A stretch of 64,000 nt of DNA from NCBI GenBank assembly GCA_051362555.1, contig CM120642.1, forward strand, positions 21,824,001 to 21,888,000, written 5' to 3'. Below, piece after piece: positions 13,804 to 30,099 of the stretch. The notes under the pieces were generated by a model. That model worked only from the letters and a program-made list of their open reading frames with translations, was not told the DNA's origin and searched no databases. Both the position numbers and the translations under genes were made by a program. Numbering within the stretch: the stretch's first letter is position 1; every line of letters starts with the position of its first letter. This DNA is from Lingula anatina (taxonomy: Eukaryota > Animalia > Brachiopoda).

Positions 13804-16800
13804 TCACAATAAATACAAGCACCAATTGTAATGATGCAAACATATACAGTCATCACAATGAATACAAACATAAACATTGACAACATATACATGCACAGTA
13901 ATCGAAATGAATACAAACAAATAGAGTGACAGAAATGCACAGAGCTCACAATAAATACAAAAACGAACAGTAACGACACAAACATATACAGTGATCACAA
14001 TAAATAGAAACACAAGCAATGACAAAACAAACATGCACAGCAATGATAATTATTACAAACAAATAGAAGGGCAAACAGACTTACACAGTGATCAGAATTT
14101 TATGCAGCCACAAACAGTAACAACACAAACAAACACAGTGATCAAAATAGATATTAAATGGAAAAGAGATAACAGTGACATGCACAGTAATGAGAATGAA
14201 CACAAGGGAAAAAAGTGTAAACAAGGCGATACACAGTCATCACAATATATACAAACACATTCAGAAACAATACAGAAAAGACACAGCAAACAGAATGTAA
14301 ACAGATACATAGACATAACATTGACAGCATAATCATTCAGCACAGTAGTAATGATTATAAATAAATAAATTGACAACACAAACATGCACAGTAATCAAAA
14401 TAAATACAAACAAACACAGTCACAATACAGACATACACTGTGATCAGAATAAGTAAACATGTACAGTGACAACAGAACCATGTAAAGTAACCAGAATAAG
14501 CACAAATTAATCTAGTGATTACACAGTCATACACAGTGATCAATGATAGAGTGAAAAGAAACACATACAATGTGATCACAATATATTTACAAACACAGAC
14601 AATGACAAAACAGAATGGAAACAGCAATGGGAATATAAACAGACACATAAACTATGCTTACAGAAACAACACCAACATGCACATTTATAATAATGATTTG
14701 TCATCAAAATATATACAAACACATTCAGAAACAATAGTGAATAGACACAGCAAACAATTTATATAAACAGACACATAGTCATACATTGACAACACCATCA
14801 TTCAGTGCAATAGTAATGTGACAAAACTGGCAAACACATTGTTCACAATAAATACAAACACCAACAGTAATGACATAAACATGAACAGTAATGTTAATAA
14901 ATACAAACAAACACAGTCACAATACAGACATACAATGTGATCAGAATAAGTAAACATGTACAGTGACAACAGAACCATGTAAAGTAACCAGAATAAGCAC
15001 AAATTAATCTAGTGATTACACAGTTATACACAGTGATCAATGATAGATCTAGAGTGAAAAGAAACACATACAATGTGATCACAATATATTTAGAAACACA
15101 CACAATGACAAAACATGTTCAGTAAAAACATATAGACTTAAAAAACTGACATACAGATTGCTCAAAATAAATATAAACACAAAGAGTGACATCACTAACA
15201 TGCACATTAATCAAATTAATTATGTGCAGACACAAACAATTATGACACAATCATACACAATGATCAAAATAAATATTAACATGTGAAGTGACAAGAGTAA
15301 CATGCACCGTAATGAGATTGAACACAAGGAAAAAGAGTGAAAACATAGCCGTACACAGTCATCACTATATATACAAACACATTCAGTAGCAATATTGAAT
15401 AGACACAGCAAACAGAATATAAACAGACACATAGTCACACATTGACAAAACCATCATTCAGCGCAATAGTAATGTTTACAAACAAAAAGAGTGACAAAAC
15501 TGGCTTACGCATTGCTAACAATAAATACAAACACCAACAGTAATAACACAAATATGAATAGTAATGTAAATAAATACAAACAAACACAGTCACAATACAG
15601 ACATACAAAGTGATCAGAATAAATTTTGACATGTACAGTGACAACAAAACCATACATAGTAACTAGAATGAAGAATAATTAATTAGGTGATAGCACAGTC
15701 ATACACAGTGATCAGTGATGGAGTGAAAACACAGACATACACAGTGATCACAATATATATACAAACACATACAATGACAATACAGAATGGAAACAGCAAT
15801 CGGAATATGAACAGACACATAAACTATGCTTATATCAACATCACCAACATGAACAGTTATAATAATGATTTAAAACATATAGACAGAAAAAACTGACATA
15901 AACATTGCTCACAATAAATATAAACACAAACATTAACAACACAAACATATACAGTGATCACAATAAATAGAAAGACAAACAGTGTCAAAACAAACATGCA
16001 CAGCAATGATAATTATTGAAAACAAGTAGAAGGACAAACAGACCTACACAGTGCTGAGAATTAAATGCAGACACAAACAGTAACAACACTAACATACACA
16101 ATGATCAAAATAAATATCAATATGTATATTGACAACAGTAACGTGCATCAGAATGACAATGAACACAAGGGAAAAGAGTGAAAACAGTTGTACACATCCA
16201 TCACAATATATACAAACACATTCAGTAACAATATAGAATATAAACAAAAATATAACATACATTGAAAAACTCCATTATTCAGGGCAATAGTAATGATTAC
16301 GAACAAATAGAGTGACAAAACTGACCTATAAAGTCCTCACAATAAATACAAGCACCAACAGTAATGATGCAAACATATACAGTGATCACAATGAATACAA
16401 ACTTAAAGATTGACAACATAAAAATGCACAGTAATCGAAATGAATACAAACAAATAGAGTGACAGAAATGCACAGAGCTCACAATAAATACAAAAACGAA
16501 CAGTAACGACACAAACATATACAGTGATCACAATAAATAGAAACACAAGCAATGACAAAACAAACATGCACAGCAATGATAATTATTACAAACAAATAGA
16601 AGGGCAAACAGACTTACACAGTGATCAGAATTTTATGCAGCCACAAACAGTAACAACACAAACAAACACAGTGATCAAAATAGATATTAAATGGAAAAGA
16701 GATAACAGTGACATGCACAGTAATGAGAATGAACACAAGGGAAAAAAGTGTAAACAAGGCGATACACAGTCATCACAATATATACAAACACATTCAGAAA

Positions 16801-18050
16801 CAATACAGAAAAGACACAGCAAACAGAATGTAAACAGACACATAGACATAACATTGACAGCATAATCATTCATCACAGTAGTAATGATTATAAATAAATA
16901 AATTGACAACACAAACATGCACAATAATCAAAATAAATACAAACAAACACAGTCACAATACAGACATACAATGTGATCAGAATAAGTAAACATGTACAGT
17001 GACAATAAAACCATGTAAAGTAACCAGAATAAGCACAAATTAATCTAGTGATTACACAGTTATACACAGTGATCAATGATAGAGTGAAAAGAAACACATA
17101 CAATGTGATCACAATATATTTAGAAACACACACAATGACAAAACAGAATGGAAACAGCAATCAGGATATAAATAGACACATAAACTAAGCTTACAGCAAC
17201 AACACCAACATGCACGTTCATAATAATGATTAAAAACATATAGACTTAAAAAACTGACATACAGATTGCTCAAAATAAATATAAACACAAAGAGTGACAA
17301 CACTAACATGCACATTAATCAAATTAATTATGTGCAGATGCAAACAATTATGACACAATCATACACAATGATCAAAATAAATATTAACATGTGAAGTGAC
17401 AAAAGTAACATGCACTGTAATGAGAATGAACACAAGGAAAAAGAGTGAAAACATAGCCGTACACAGTCATCACTATATATACAAACACATTCAGTAGCAA
17501 TATTGAATAGACACAGCAAACAGAATATAAACAGACACATAGTCACACATTGACAAAACCATCATTCAGCGCAATAGTAATGTTTACAAACAAAAAGAGT
17601 GACAAAACTGACTTATGCATTGCTAACAATAAATACAAACACCAACAGTAATGACACAAATATGAATAGTAGTGTAAATAAATACAAACAAACACAGTCA
17701 CAATACAGACATACAAAGTGATCAGAATATATTTTGACATGTACAGTGACAACAAAACCATACATAGTAACTAGAATGAAGAATAATTAATTAGGTGATA
17801 GCACAGTCATACACAGTGATCAGTGATGGAGTGAAAACACAGACATACACAGTGATCACAATATATATACAAACACATACAATGACAATACAGAATGGAA
17901 ACAGTAATCGGAATATGAACAGACACATGAACTATGCTTACATCAACATCACCAACCTGAACAGTTATAATAATGATTTAAAACATATAGACAGAAAAAA
18001 CTGACATAAACATTGCTCACAATAAATATAAACACAAACATTAACAACAC
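13804..18050. repeat. Copy of ~6798-11050 (offset 7006, becoming 6988 after an 18-bp deletion); right end approximate
   Basis: ORF offsets 6985->13991, 7509->14515 and 8681->15687 are 7006; 10121->17109 and 10807->17795 are 6988. Junction ttgttcacaataaatacaa|gcaccaattg at ~13800-13820. Confidence 0.85.
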
Positions 18051-21000
18051 AAACATATACAGTGATCACAATAAATAGAAAGACAAACAGTGTCCAAACA
18101 AACATGCACAGCAATGATAATTATTGAAAACAAGTAGAAGGACAAACAGACCTACACAGTGCTGAGAATTAAATGCAGACACAAACAGTAACAACACTAA
18201 CATACACAGTGATCAAAATAAATATCAATATGTATATTGACAACAGTAACGTGCATCAGAATGACAATGAACACAAGGGAAAAGAGTGAAAACAGTTGTA
18301 CACATCCATCACAATATATACAAACACATTCAGTAACAATATAGAATAGACACAAAAAACAGAATATAAACAAAAATATAACATACATTGAAAAACTCCA
18401 TTATTCAGGGCAATAGTAATGATTACGAACAAATAGAGTGACAAAACTGACCTATAAAGTCCTCACAATAAATACAAGCACCAACAGTAATGATGCAAAC
18501 ATATACAGTGATCACAATGAATACAAACTTAAAGATTGACAACATAAACATGCACAGTAATCGAAATGAATACAAACAAATAGAGTGACAGAAATGCACA
18601 GAGCTCACAATAAATACAAAAACGAACAATAACGACACAAACATATACAGTGATCACAATAAATAGAAACACAAGCAATGACAAAACAAACATGCACAGC
18701 AATGATAATGATTACAAACAAATAGAAGGGCAAACAGACTTACACAGTGATCAGAATTTTATGCAGCCACAAACAGTAACAACACAAACAAATATAGTGA
18801 TCAAAATAGATATTAAATGAAAAAGAGATAACAGTGACATGCACAGTAATGAGAATGAACACAAGGGAAAAAACTGTAAACAAGGCAATACACAGTCACC
18901 ACAATATATACAAACACATTCAGAAACAATACAGAAAAGACACAGCAAACAGAATGTAAACAGACACATAGACATAGCATTGACAGCATAATCATTCATC
19001 ACAGTAGTAATGATTATAAATAAATAAATTGACAACACAAACATGCACAATAATCAAAATAAATACAAACAAACACAGTCACAATACAGACATACAATGT
19101 GATCAGAATAAGTAAACATGTACAGTGACAATAAAACCATGTAAAGTAACCAGAATAAGCACAAATTAATCTAGTGATTACACAGTCATACACAGTGATC
19201 AATGATAGAGTGAAAAGAAACACATACAATGTGATCACAATATATTTAGAAACACAGACAATGACAAAACAGAATGGAAACAGCAATGGGAATATAAACA
19301 GACACATAAACTATGCTTACAGAAACAACACCAACATGCACATTTATAATAATGATTTGTCATCAAAATATATACAAACACATTCAGAAACAATAGTGAA
19401 TAGACACAGCAAACAATTTATATAAACAGACACATAGTCATACATTGACAACACCATCATTCAGTGCAATAGTAATGTGACAAAACTGGCAAACACATTG
19501 TTCACAATAAATACAAACACCAACAGTAATGACATAAACATGAACAGTAATGTTAATAAATACAAACAAACACAGTCACAATACAGACATACAATGTGAT
19601 CAGAATAAGTAAACATGTACAGTGACAACAGAACCATGTAAAGTAACCAGAATAAGCACAAATTAATCTAGTGATTACACAGTTATACACAGTGATCAAT
19701 GATAGATCTAGAGTGAAAAGAAACACATACAATGTGATCACAATATATTTAGAAACACACACAATGACAAAACATGTTCAGTAAAAACATATAGACTTAA
19801 AAAACTGACATACAGATTGCTCAAAATAAATATAAACACAAAGAGTGACATCACTAACATGCACATTAATCAAATTAATTATGTGCAGACACAAACAATT
19901 ATGACACAATCATACACAATGATCAAAATAAATATTAACATGTGAAGTGACAAGAGTAACATGCACCGTAATGAGATTGAACACAAGGAAAAAGAGTGAA
20001 AACATAGCCGTACACAGTCATCACTATATATACAAACACATTCAGTAGCAATATTGAATAGACACAGCAAACAGAATATAAACAGACACATAGTCACACA
20101 TTGACAACACCATCATTCAGCGCAATAGTAATGTTTACAAACAAAAAGAGTGACAAAACTGGCTTACGCATTGCTAACAATAAATACAAACACCAACAGT
20201 AATAACACAAATATGAATAGTAATGTAAATAAATACAAACAAACACAGTCACAATACAGACATACAAAGTGATCAGAATAAATTTTGACATGTACAGTGA
20301 CAACAAAACCATACATAGTAACTAGAATGAAGAATAATTAATTAGGTGATAGCACAGTCATACACAGTGATCAGTGATGGAGTGAAAACACAGACATACA
20401 CAGTGATCACAATATATATATACAAACACATACAATGACAATACAGAATGGAAACAGCAATCAGAATATGAACAGACACATAAACTATGCTTATATCAAC
20501 ATCACCAACATGAACAGTTATAATAATGATTTAAAACATATAGACAGAAAAAACTGACATAAACATTGCTCACAATAAATATAAACACAAACATTAACAA
20601 CACAAACATATACAGTGATCACAATAAATAGAAAGACAAACAGTGTCAAAACAAACATGCACAGCAATGATAATTATTGAAAACAAGTAGAAGGACAAAC
20701 AGACCTACACAGTGCTGAGAATTAAATGCAGACACAAACAGTAACAACACTAACATACACAGTGATCAAAATAAATATCAATATGTATATTGACAACAGT
20801 AACGTGCATCAGAATGACAATGAACACAAGGGAAAAGAGTGAAAACAGTTGTACACATCCATCACAATATATACAAACACATTCAGTAACAATATAGAAT
20901 ATAAACAAAAATATAACATACATTGAAAAACTCCATTATTCAGGGCAATAGTAATGATTACGAACAAATAGAGTGACAAAACTGACCTATAAAGTCCTCA

Positions 21001-24000
21001 CAATAAATACAAGCACCAACAGTAATGATGCAAACATATACAGTGATCACAATGAATACAAACTTAAAGATTGACAACATAAAAATGCACAGTAATCGAA
21101 ATGAATACAAACAAATAGAGTGACAGAAATGCACAGAGCTCACAATAAATACATCAACATCACCAACCTGAACAGTTATAATAATGATTTAAAACATATA
21201 GACAGAAAAAACTGACATAAACATTGCTCACAATAAATATAAACACAAACATTAACAACACAAACATATACAGTGATCACAATAAATAGAAAGACAAACA
21301 GTGTCCAAACAAACATGCACAGCAATGATAATTATTGAAAACAAGTAGAAGGACAAACAGACCTACACAGTGCTGAGAATTAAATGCAGACACAAACAGT
21401 AACAACACTAACATACACAGTGATCAAAATAAATATCAATATGTATATTGACAACAGTAACGTGCATCAGAATGACAATGAACACAAGGGAAAAGAGTGA
21501 AAACAGTTGTACACATCCATCACAATATATACAAACACATTCAGTAACAATATAGAATAGACACAAAAAACAGAATATAAACAAAAATATAACATACATT
21601 GAAAAACTCCATTATTCAGGGCAATAGTAATGATTACGAACAAATAGAGTGACAAAACTGACCTATAAAGTCCTCACAATAAATACAAGCACCAACAGTA
21701 ATGATGCAAACATATACAGTGATCACAATGAATACAAACTTAAAGATTGACAACATAAACATGCACAGTAATCGAAATGAATACAAACAAATAGAGTGAC
21801 AGAAATGCACAGAGCTCACAATAAATACAAAAACGAACAATAACGACACAAACATATACAGTGATCACAATAAATAGAAACACAAGCAATGACAAAACAA
21901 ACATGCACAGCAATGATAATGATTACAAACAAATAGAAGGGCAAACAGACTTACACAGTGATCAGAATTTTATGCAGCCACAAACAGTAACAACACAAAC
22001 AAATATAGTGATCAAAATAGATATTAAATGAAAAAGAGATAACAGTGACATGCACAGTAATGAGAATGAACACAAGGGAAAAAAGTGTAAACAAGGCAAT
22101 ACACAGTCACCACAATATATACAAACACATTCAGAAACAATACAGAAAAGACACAGCAAACAGAATGTAAACAGACACATAGACATAGCATTGACAGCAT
22201 AATCATTCATCACAGTAGTAATGATTATAAATAAATAAATTGACAACACAAACATGCACAATAATCAAAATAAATACAAACAAACACAGTCACAATACAG
22301 ACATACAATGTGATCAGAATAAGTAAACATGTACAGTGACAATAAAACCATGTAAAGTAACCAGAATAAGCACAAATTAATCTAGTGATTACACAGTCAT
22401 ACACAGTGATCAATGATAGAGTGAAAAGAAACACATACAATGTGATCACAATATATTTAGAAACACAGACAATGACAAAACAGAATGGAAACAGCAATGG
22501 GAATATAAACAGACACATAAACTATGCTTACAGAAACAACACCAACATGCACATTTATAATAATGATTTGTCATCAAAATATATACAAACACATTCAGAA
22601 ACAATAGTGAATAGACACAGCAAACAATTTATATAAACAGACACATAGTCATACATTGACAACACCATCATTCAGTGCAATAGTAATGTGACAAAACTGG
22701 CAAACACATTGTTCACAATAAATACAAACACCAACAGTAATGACATAAACATGAACAGTAATGTTAATAAATACAAACAAACACAGTCACAATACAGACA
22801 TACAATGTGATCAGAATAAGTAAACATGTACAGTGACAACAGAACCATGTAAAGTAACCAGAATAAGCACAAATTAATCTAGTGATTACACAGTTATACA
22901 CAGTGATCAATGATAGATCTAGAGTGAAAAGAAACACATACAATGTGATCACAATATATTTAGAAACACACACAATGACAAAACATGTTCAGTAAAAACA
23001 TATAGACTTAAAAAACTGACATACAGATTGCTCAAAATAAATATAAACACAAAGAGTGACATCACTAACATGCACATTAATCAAATTAATTATGTGCAGA
23101 CACAAACAATTATGACACAATCATACACAATGATCAAAATAAATATTAACATGTGAAGTGACAAGAGTAACATGCACCGTAATGAGATTGAACACAAGGA
23201 AAAAGAGTGAAAACATAGCCGTACACAGTCATCACTATATATACAAACACATTCAGTAGCAATATTGAATAGACACAGCAAACAGAATATAAACAGACAC
23301 ATAGTCACACATTGACAACACCATCATTCAGCGCAATAGTAATGTTTACAAACAAAAAGAGTGACAAAACTGGCTTACGCATTGCTAACAATAAATACAA
23401 ACACCAACAGTAATAACACAAATATGAATAGTAATGTAAATAAATACAAACAAACACAGTCACAATACAGACATACAAAGTGATCAGAATAAATTTTGAC
23501 ATGTACAGTGACAACAAAACCATACATAGTAACTAGAATGAAGAATAATTAATTAGGTGATAGCACAGTCATACACAGTGATCAGTGATGGAGTGAAAAC
23601 ACAGACATACACAGTGATCACAATATATATATACAAACACATACAATGACAATACAGAATGGAAACAGCAATCAGAATATGAACAGACACATAAACTATG
23701 CTTATATCAACATCACCAACATGAACAGTTATAATAATGATTTAAAACATATAGACAGAAAAAACTGACATAAACATTGCTCACAATAAATATAAACACA
23801 AACATTAACAACACAAACATATACAGTGATCACAATAAATAGAAAGACAAACAGTGTCAAAACAAACATGCACAGCAATGATAATTATTGAAAACAAGTA
23901 GAAGGACAAACAGACCTACACAGTGCTGAGAATTAAATGCAGACACAAACAGTAACAACACTAACATACACAGTGATCAAAATAAATATCAATATGTATA

Positions 24001-24360
24001 TTGACAACAGTAACGTGCATCAGAATGACAATGAACACAAGGGAAAAGAGTGAAAACAGTTGTACACATCCATCACAATATATACAAACACATTCAGTAA
24101 CAATATAGAATATAAACAAAAATATAACATACATTGAAAAACTCCATTATTCAGGGCAATAGTAATGATTACGAACAAATAGAGTGACAAAACTGACCTA
24201 TAAAGTCCTCACAATAAATACAAGCACCAACAGTAATGATGCAAACATATACAGTGATCACAATGAATACAAACTTAAAGATTGACAACATAAAAATGCA
24301 CAGTAATCGAAATGAATACAAACAAATAGAGTGACAGAAATGCACAGAGCTCACAATAAA
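17939..24360. repeat. Recent 3211-bp tandem duplication
   Basis: ORF offsets 18197->21408, 19174->22385 and 20094->23305 are all 3211. A novel junction cacaataaataca|tcaacatcaccaacctg lies at ~21150. Both copies share private variants (gtgtccaaac, an extra TA in aatatatatatac, gcaatcagaat). Confidence 0.92.
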
Positions 24361-26620
24361 TACAAAAACGAACAATAACGACACAAACATATACAGTGAT
24401 CACAATAAATAGAAACACAAGCAATGACAAAACAAACATGCACAGCAATGATAATGATTACAAACAAATAGAAGGGCAAACAGACTTACACAGTGATCAG
24501 AATTTTATGCAGCCACAAACAGTAACAACACAAACAAATACAGTGATCAAAATAGATATTAAATGAAAAAGAGATAACAGTGACATGCACAGTAATGAGA
24601 ATGAACACAAGGGAAAAAAGTGTAAACAAGGCAATACACAGTCACCACAATATATACAAACACATTCAGAAACAATACAGAAAAGACACAGCAAACAGAA
24701 TGTAAACAGACACATAGACATAGCATTGACAGCATAATCATTCATCACAGTAGTAATGATTATAAATAAATAAATTGACAACACAAACATGCACAATAAT
24801 CAAAATAAATACAAACAAACACAGTCACAATACAGACATACAATGTGATCAGAATAAGTAAACATGTACAGTGACAATAAAACCATGTAAAGTAACCAGA
24901 ATAAGCACAAATTAATCTAGTGATTACACAGTTATACACAGTGATCAATGATAGAGTGAAAAGAAACACATACAATGTGATCACAATATATTTAGAAACA
25001 CACACAATGACAAAACAGAATGGAAACAGCAATCAGGATATAAATAGACACATAAACTAAGCTTACAGCAACAACACCAACATGCACGTTCATAATAATG
25101 ATTAAAAACATATAGACTTAAAAAACTGACATACAGATTGCTCAAAATAAATATAAACACAAAGAGTGACAACACTAACATGCACATTAATCAAATTAAT
25201 TATGTGCAGATGCAAACAATTATGACACAATCATACACAATGATCAAAATAAATATTAACATGTGAAGTGACAAAAGTAACATGCACTGTAATGAGAATG
25301 AACACAAGGAAAAAGAGTGAAAACATAGCCGTACACAGTCATCACTATATATACAAACACATTCAGTAGCAATATTGAATAGACACAGCAAACAGAATAT
25401 AAACAGACACATAGTCACACATTGACAAAACCATCATTCAGCGCAATAGTAATGTTTACAAACAAAAAGAGTGACAAAACTGACTTATGCATTGCTAACA
25501 ATAAATACAAACACCAACAGTAATGACACAAATATGAATAGTAGTGTAAATAAATACAAACAAACACAGTCACAATACAGACATACAAAGTGATCAGAAT
25601 ATATTTTGACATGTACAGTGACAACAAAACCATACATAGTAACTAGAATGAAGAATAATTAATTAGGTGATAGCACAGTCATACACAGTGATCAGTGATG
25701 GAGTGAAAACACAGACATACACAGTGATCACAATATATATACAAACACATACAATGACAATACAGAATGGAAACAGTAATCGGAATATGAACAGACACAT
25801 GAACTATGCTTACATCAACATCACCAACCTGAACAGTTATAATAATGATTTAAAACATATAGACAGAAAAAACTGACATAAACATTGCTCACAATAAATA
25901 TAAACACAAACATTAACAACACAAACATATACAGTGATCACAATAAATAGAAAGACAAACAGTGTCAAAACAAACATGCACAGCAATGATAATTATTGAA
26001 AACAAGTAGAAGGACAAACAGACCTACACAGTGCTGAGAATTAAATGCAGACACAAACAGTAACAACACTAACATACACAGTGATCAAAATAAATATCAA
26101 TATGTATATTGACAACAGTAACGTGCATCAGAATGACAATGAACACAAGGGAAAAGAGTGAAAACAGTTGTACACATCCATCACAATATATACAAACACA
26201 TTCAGTAACAATATAGAATAGACACAAAAAACAGAATATAAACAAAAATATAACATACATTGAAAAACTCCATTATTCAGGGCAATAGTAATGATTACAA
26301 ACAAATAGAGTGACAAAACTGACCTATAAAGTCCTCACAATAAATACAAGCACCAACAGTAATGATGCAAACATATACAGTGATCACAATGAATACAAAC
26401 TTAAAGATTGACAACATATACATGCACAGTAATCGAAATGAATACAAACAAATAGAGTGACAGAAATGCACAGAGCTCACAATAAATACAAAAACGAACA
26501 GTAACGACACAAACATATACAGTGATCACAATAAATAGAAACACAAGCAATGACAAAACAAACATGCACAGCAATGATAATGATTACAAACAAATAGATG
26601 GGCAAACAGACTTACACAGT

Positions 26621-29600
26621 GATCAGAATTTTATGCAGCCACAAACAGTAACAACAGAAACATACACAGTGATCAAAATAGATATTAAATGAAAAAGAGA
26701 TATCAGTAACATGCACAGTAATGAGAATGAACACAAGGGAAAAAAGTGTAAACAAGGCGATACACAGTCATCACAATATATACAAACACATTCAGTAGCA
26801 ATACAGAAAAGACACAGCAAACAGAATATAAACAGACACATAGACATAACATTGACAGCATAATCATTCAGCACAGTAGTAATGATTACAAATAAATAAA
26901 TTGACAACACAAACATGCACAGTAATCAAAATAAATACAAACAAACACAGTCACAATACAGACATACACTGTGATCAGAATAAGTAAACATGTACAGTGA
27001 CAACAGAACCATGTAAAGTAACCAGAATTAGCACAAATTAATCTAGTGATTACACAGTCATACACAGTGATCAATGATAGAGTGAAAAGAAACACATACA
27101 ATGTGATCACAATATATTTACAAACACAGACAATGACAAAACAGAATGGAAACAGCAATGGGAATATAAACAGACACATAAACTATGCTTACAGAAACAA
27201 CACCAACATGCACATTTATAATAATGATTTGTCATCAAAATATATACAAACACATTCAGAAACAATAGTGAATAGACACAGCAAACAATTTATATAAACA
27301 GACATAGTCATACATTGACAACACCATCATTCAGCGCAATAGTAATGTGACAAAACTGGCAAACACATTGTTCACAATAAATACAAACACCAACAGTAAT
27401 GACATAAACATGAACAGTAATGTTAATAAATACAAACAAACACAGTCACAATACAGACATACACAGTGATCAAAATAAGTTGACATGTACAGTGATAACA
27501 CAACCATGTAAAGTACACAGTGATCAGAATATGTGAAGACACGAACAGTAACAACACAAACATACACAGTGATCAAAATGAATATAAACATGTACATTGA
27601 TAATAGTAATGTGCACTGTGATTAGAATAAACACAAGGAAAAAGTAAAACCATAGCCGTACACAGTCATCACAATATATATAGAAACACATTCAGTAACA
27701 ATACATAATAGACACAGCAAACAAAATATAAACAGAAACATAGCCATACATTGACAACACAATAAAAACAAACACAGACAGTGACAGCACTAACGTGGAC
27801 AGGAATCAAAATAAATTTAAACAAATAGAGTGACAGAAATGACATACACAATGCTCACAATAAATACAAACACCAACAGTAATGACGCAAACATATACAG
27901 TGATCACAATGAATACAAACACAAACAGTGACAACATATACATGCATGGTAATGATAATGTTTAAAAACATATAGGACAAACAGACATACACAGTGATCA
28001 CAATACTTGCAAACACATACAGTAACAATATAGAATTGACACAGCAAACAGAATATAAACAGACACATAGACATACAGTGACAATACCATGATAAACAAA
28101 CAGAGTGAAAAAACTGACATACACATTGCCAAGAGCCATATAAAGACACAAACAGTGACAACACTAAAATATCCAGTGATCACAATAAAAACAAACACCA
28201 ACAGTAACGACACAAACATATACAGTAATCACAATAAATAGAAACACAAACAGTGACAAAACAAACATGCACAGCAATGATAATGATTACAAACAAATAG
28301 AAGGACAAACAGACTTACACAGTGATCAGAATTATGTGCAGACACAAACAGTAACAACAGAAACATACACAATGATCAAAATAAATATTAAATGAAAAAC
28401 TGATAACAGTAACATGCACAGTAATGAGAATGAACACAAGGAAAATGTGTAAACAAAGCGATTCACAGTCATCACAATATATACAAACACATTCAGTAAC
28501 AATACAGAAAGATACAGCAAACAGAATATAAACAGACACATAGACATAACATTGACAGCATGATCATTCAGCACAGTAGTAATGATTATAAACAAATAAA
28601 TTGACAAAACTGACATACACAGTGCTCAAAATAAATACAATCACAAACAGTGACAACACAAACATGCACAGTAATCAAAATAAATACAAAGAAACACAGT
28701 CACAATACAGTCATAAAAAGTGATCAGAATAAGTTGACATGTACATTGACAAAACAACCATGTTAAGTAACCACGTAACTGTTATGAAAAAGAGTGAAAA
28801 CATAGCCGTACACAGTCATCACTATATATACAATCACATTCAGTAGCAATATTGAATAGACACAGCAAACAGAATATAAACAGACACATAGTCACACATT
28901 GACAACACCATCATTCAGCGCAATAGTAATGTTTACAAACAAAGAGAGTGACAAAACTGACTTATGCATTGCTAACAATAAATACAAACACCAACAGTAA
29001 TGACACAAACATGAACAGTAATGTAAATAAATACAAACAAACACAGTCACAATACAGACATACACAGTGATCAGAATAAATTTTGACATGTACAGTGACA
29101 ACAAAACCATACATAGTGACTAGAATGAAGAATAATTAATTAGGTGATAGCACAGTCATACACAGTGATCAGTGATGGAGTGAAAACACAGACATACACA
29201 GTGATCACAATATATATACAAACACATACAATGACAATAGAGAATGGAAACAGCAATCGGAATATGAACAGACACATAAACTATGCTTACATCAACATCA
29301 CCAACATGAACAGTTATAATAATGATTTAAAACATATAGACAGAAAAAACTGACATAAACATTGCTCACAATAAATATAAACACAAACAGTAACAACACA
29401 AACATATACAGTGACCACAATAAATAGAAAGACAAACAGTGTCAAAACAAACATGCACAGTAATGATAATGATTACAAACAAGTAGAAGGACAAACAGAC
29501 CTACACAGTGCTGAGAATTAAATGTAGACACAAACAGTAACAACACTAACATACACAGTGATCAAAATAAATATTAATATGTATATTGACAACAGTAACG

Positions 29601-30099
29601 TGCACCATAATGACAATGAACACAAGGGAAAAGAGTGAAAACATAGTTGTACACATTCATCACAATATGTACAAACACATTCAGTAACAATATAGAATAG
29701 ACACAAAAAACAGAATATAAACAGAAACATAAACATACATTGAAAACTCCGTCATTCAGTGCAATAGTAATGATTACGAACAAATCGAGTGACAAAACTG
29801 ACCTATAAAGTGCTCACAATAAATACAAGCACCAACAGTAATGATGCAAACATATACAGTGATCACAATGAATACAAACTTAAACATTGACAATATATAC
29901 ATGCACAGAAATCAAAATGAATACAAACAAATAGAGTGACAGAAATGCACAGTGCTCACAATAAATACAAAAACGAACAGTAACGACACAAACATATACA
30001 GTGATCACAACAAATAGAAACACAAGCAATGACAAAACAAACATGCACAGCAATGATAATGACTACAAACAAATAGATGGGAAAACAGACTTACACAGT
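26621..30099. repeat. 3479-bp satellite unit (HOR without the internal 1.7-kb duplication)
   Basis: Marker gatcagaattttatgcagcc at 26621 and 30100; ORF offset 27046->30525 = 3479. Confidence 0.9.
29948..29975 (+). other. 12-RSS-like motif CACAGTG-N12-ACAAAAACG (also at 35130, 40312, 45490, 50668, 55848, 61031); function unproven
   Basis: The sequence reads cacagtg ctcacaataaat acaaaaacg: a perfect heptamer, an exact 12-bp spacer and an 8/9 match to the nonamer ACAAAAACC. The match is certain; the confidence value refers to biological relevance. Confidence 0.3.

Larger units (their letters stand above)
1..26620. repeat. Left satellite domain: mosaic of ~2.11-2.13-kb and ~2.55-kb higher-order units plus rearranged blocks
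   Basis: ORF-track offsets 1807->3939 (2132), 2511->4642 (2131) and 8681->10807 (2126). The marker gaaagacaaacagtgtc is spaced ~2553 at 6410->8963, 18078->20631 and 21289->23842. The block aatcaggatata...ttaatcaaattaattatgtgcag occurs here and not in the 5.18-kb HOR. Confidence 0.88.
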
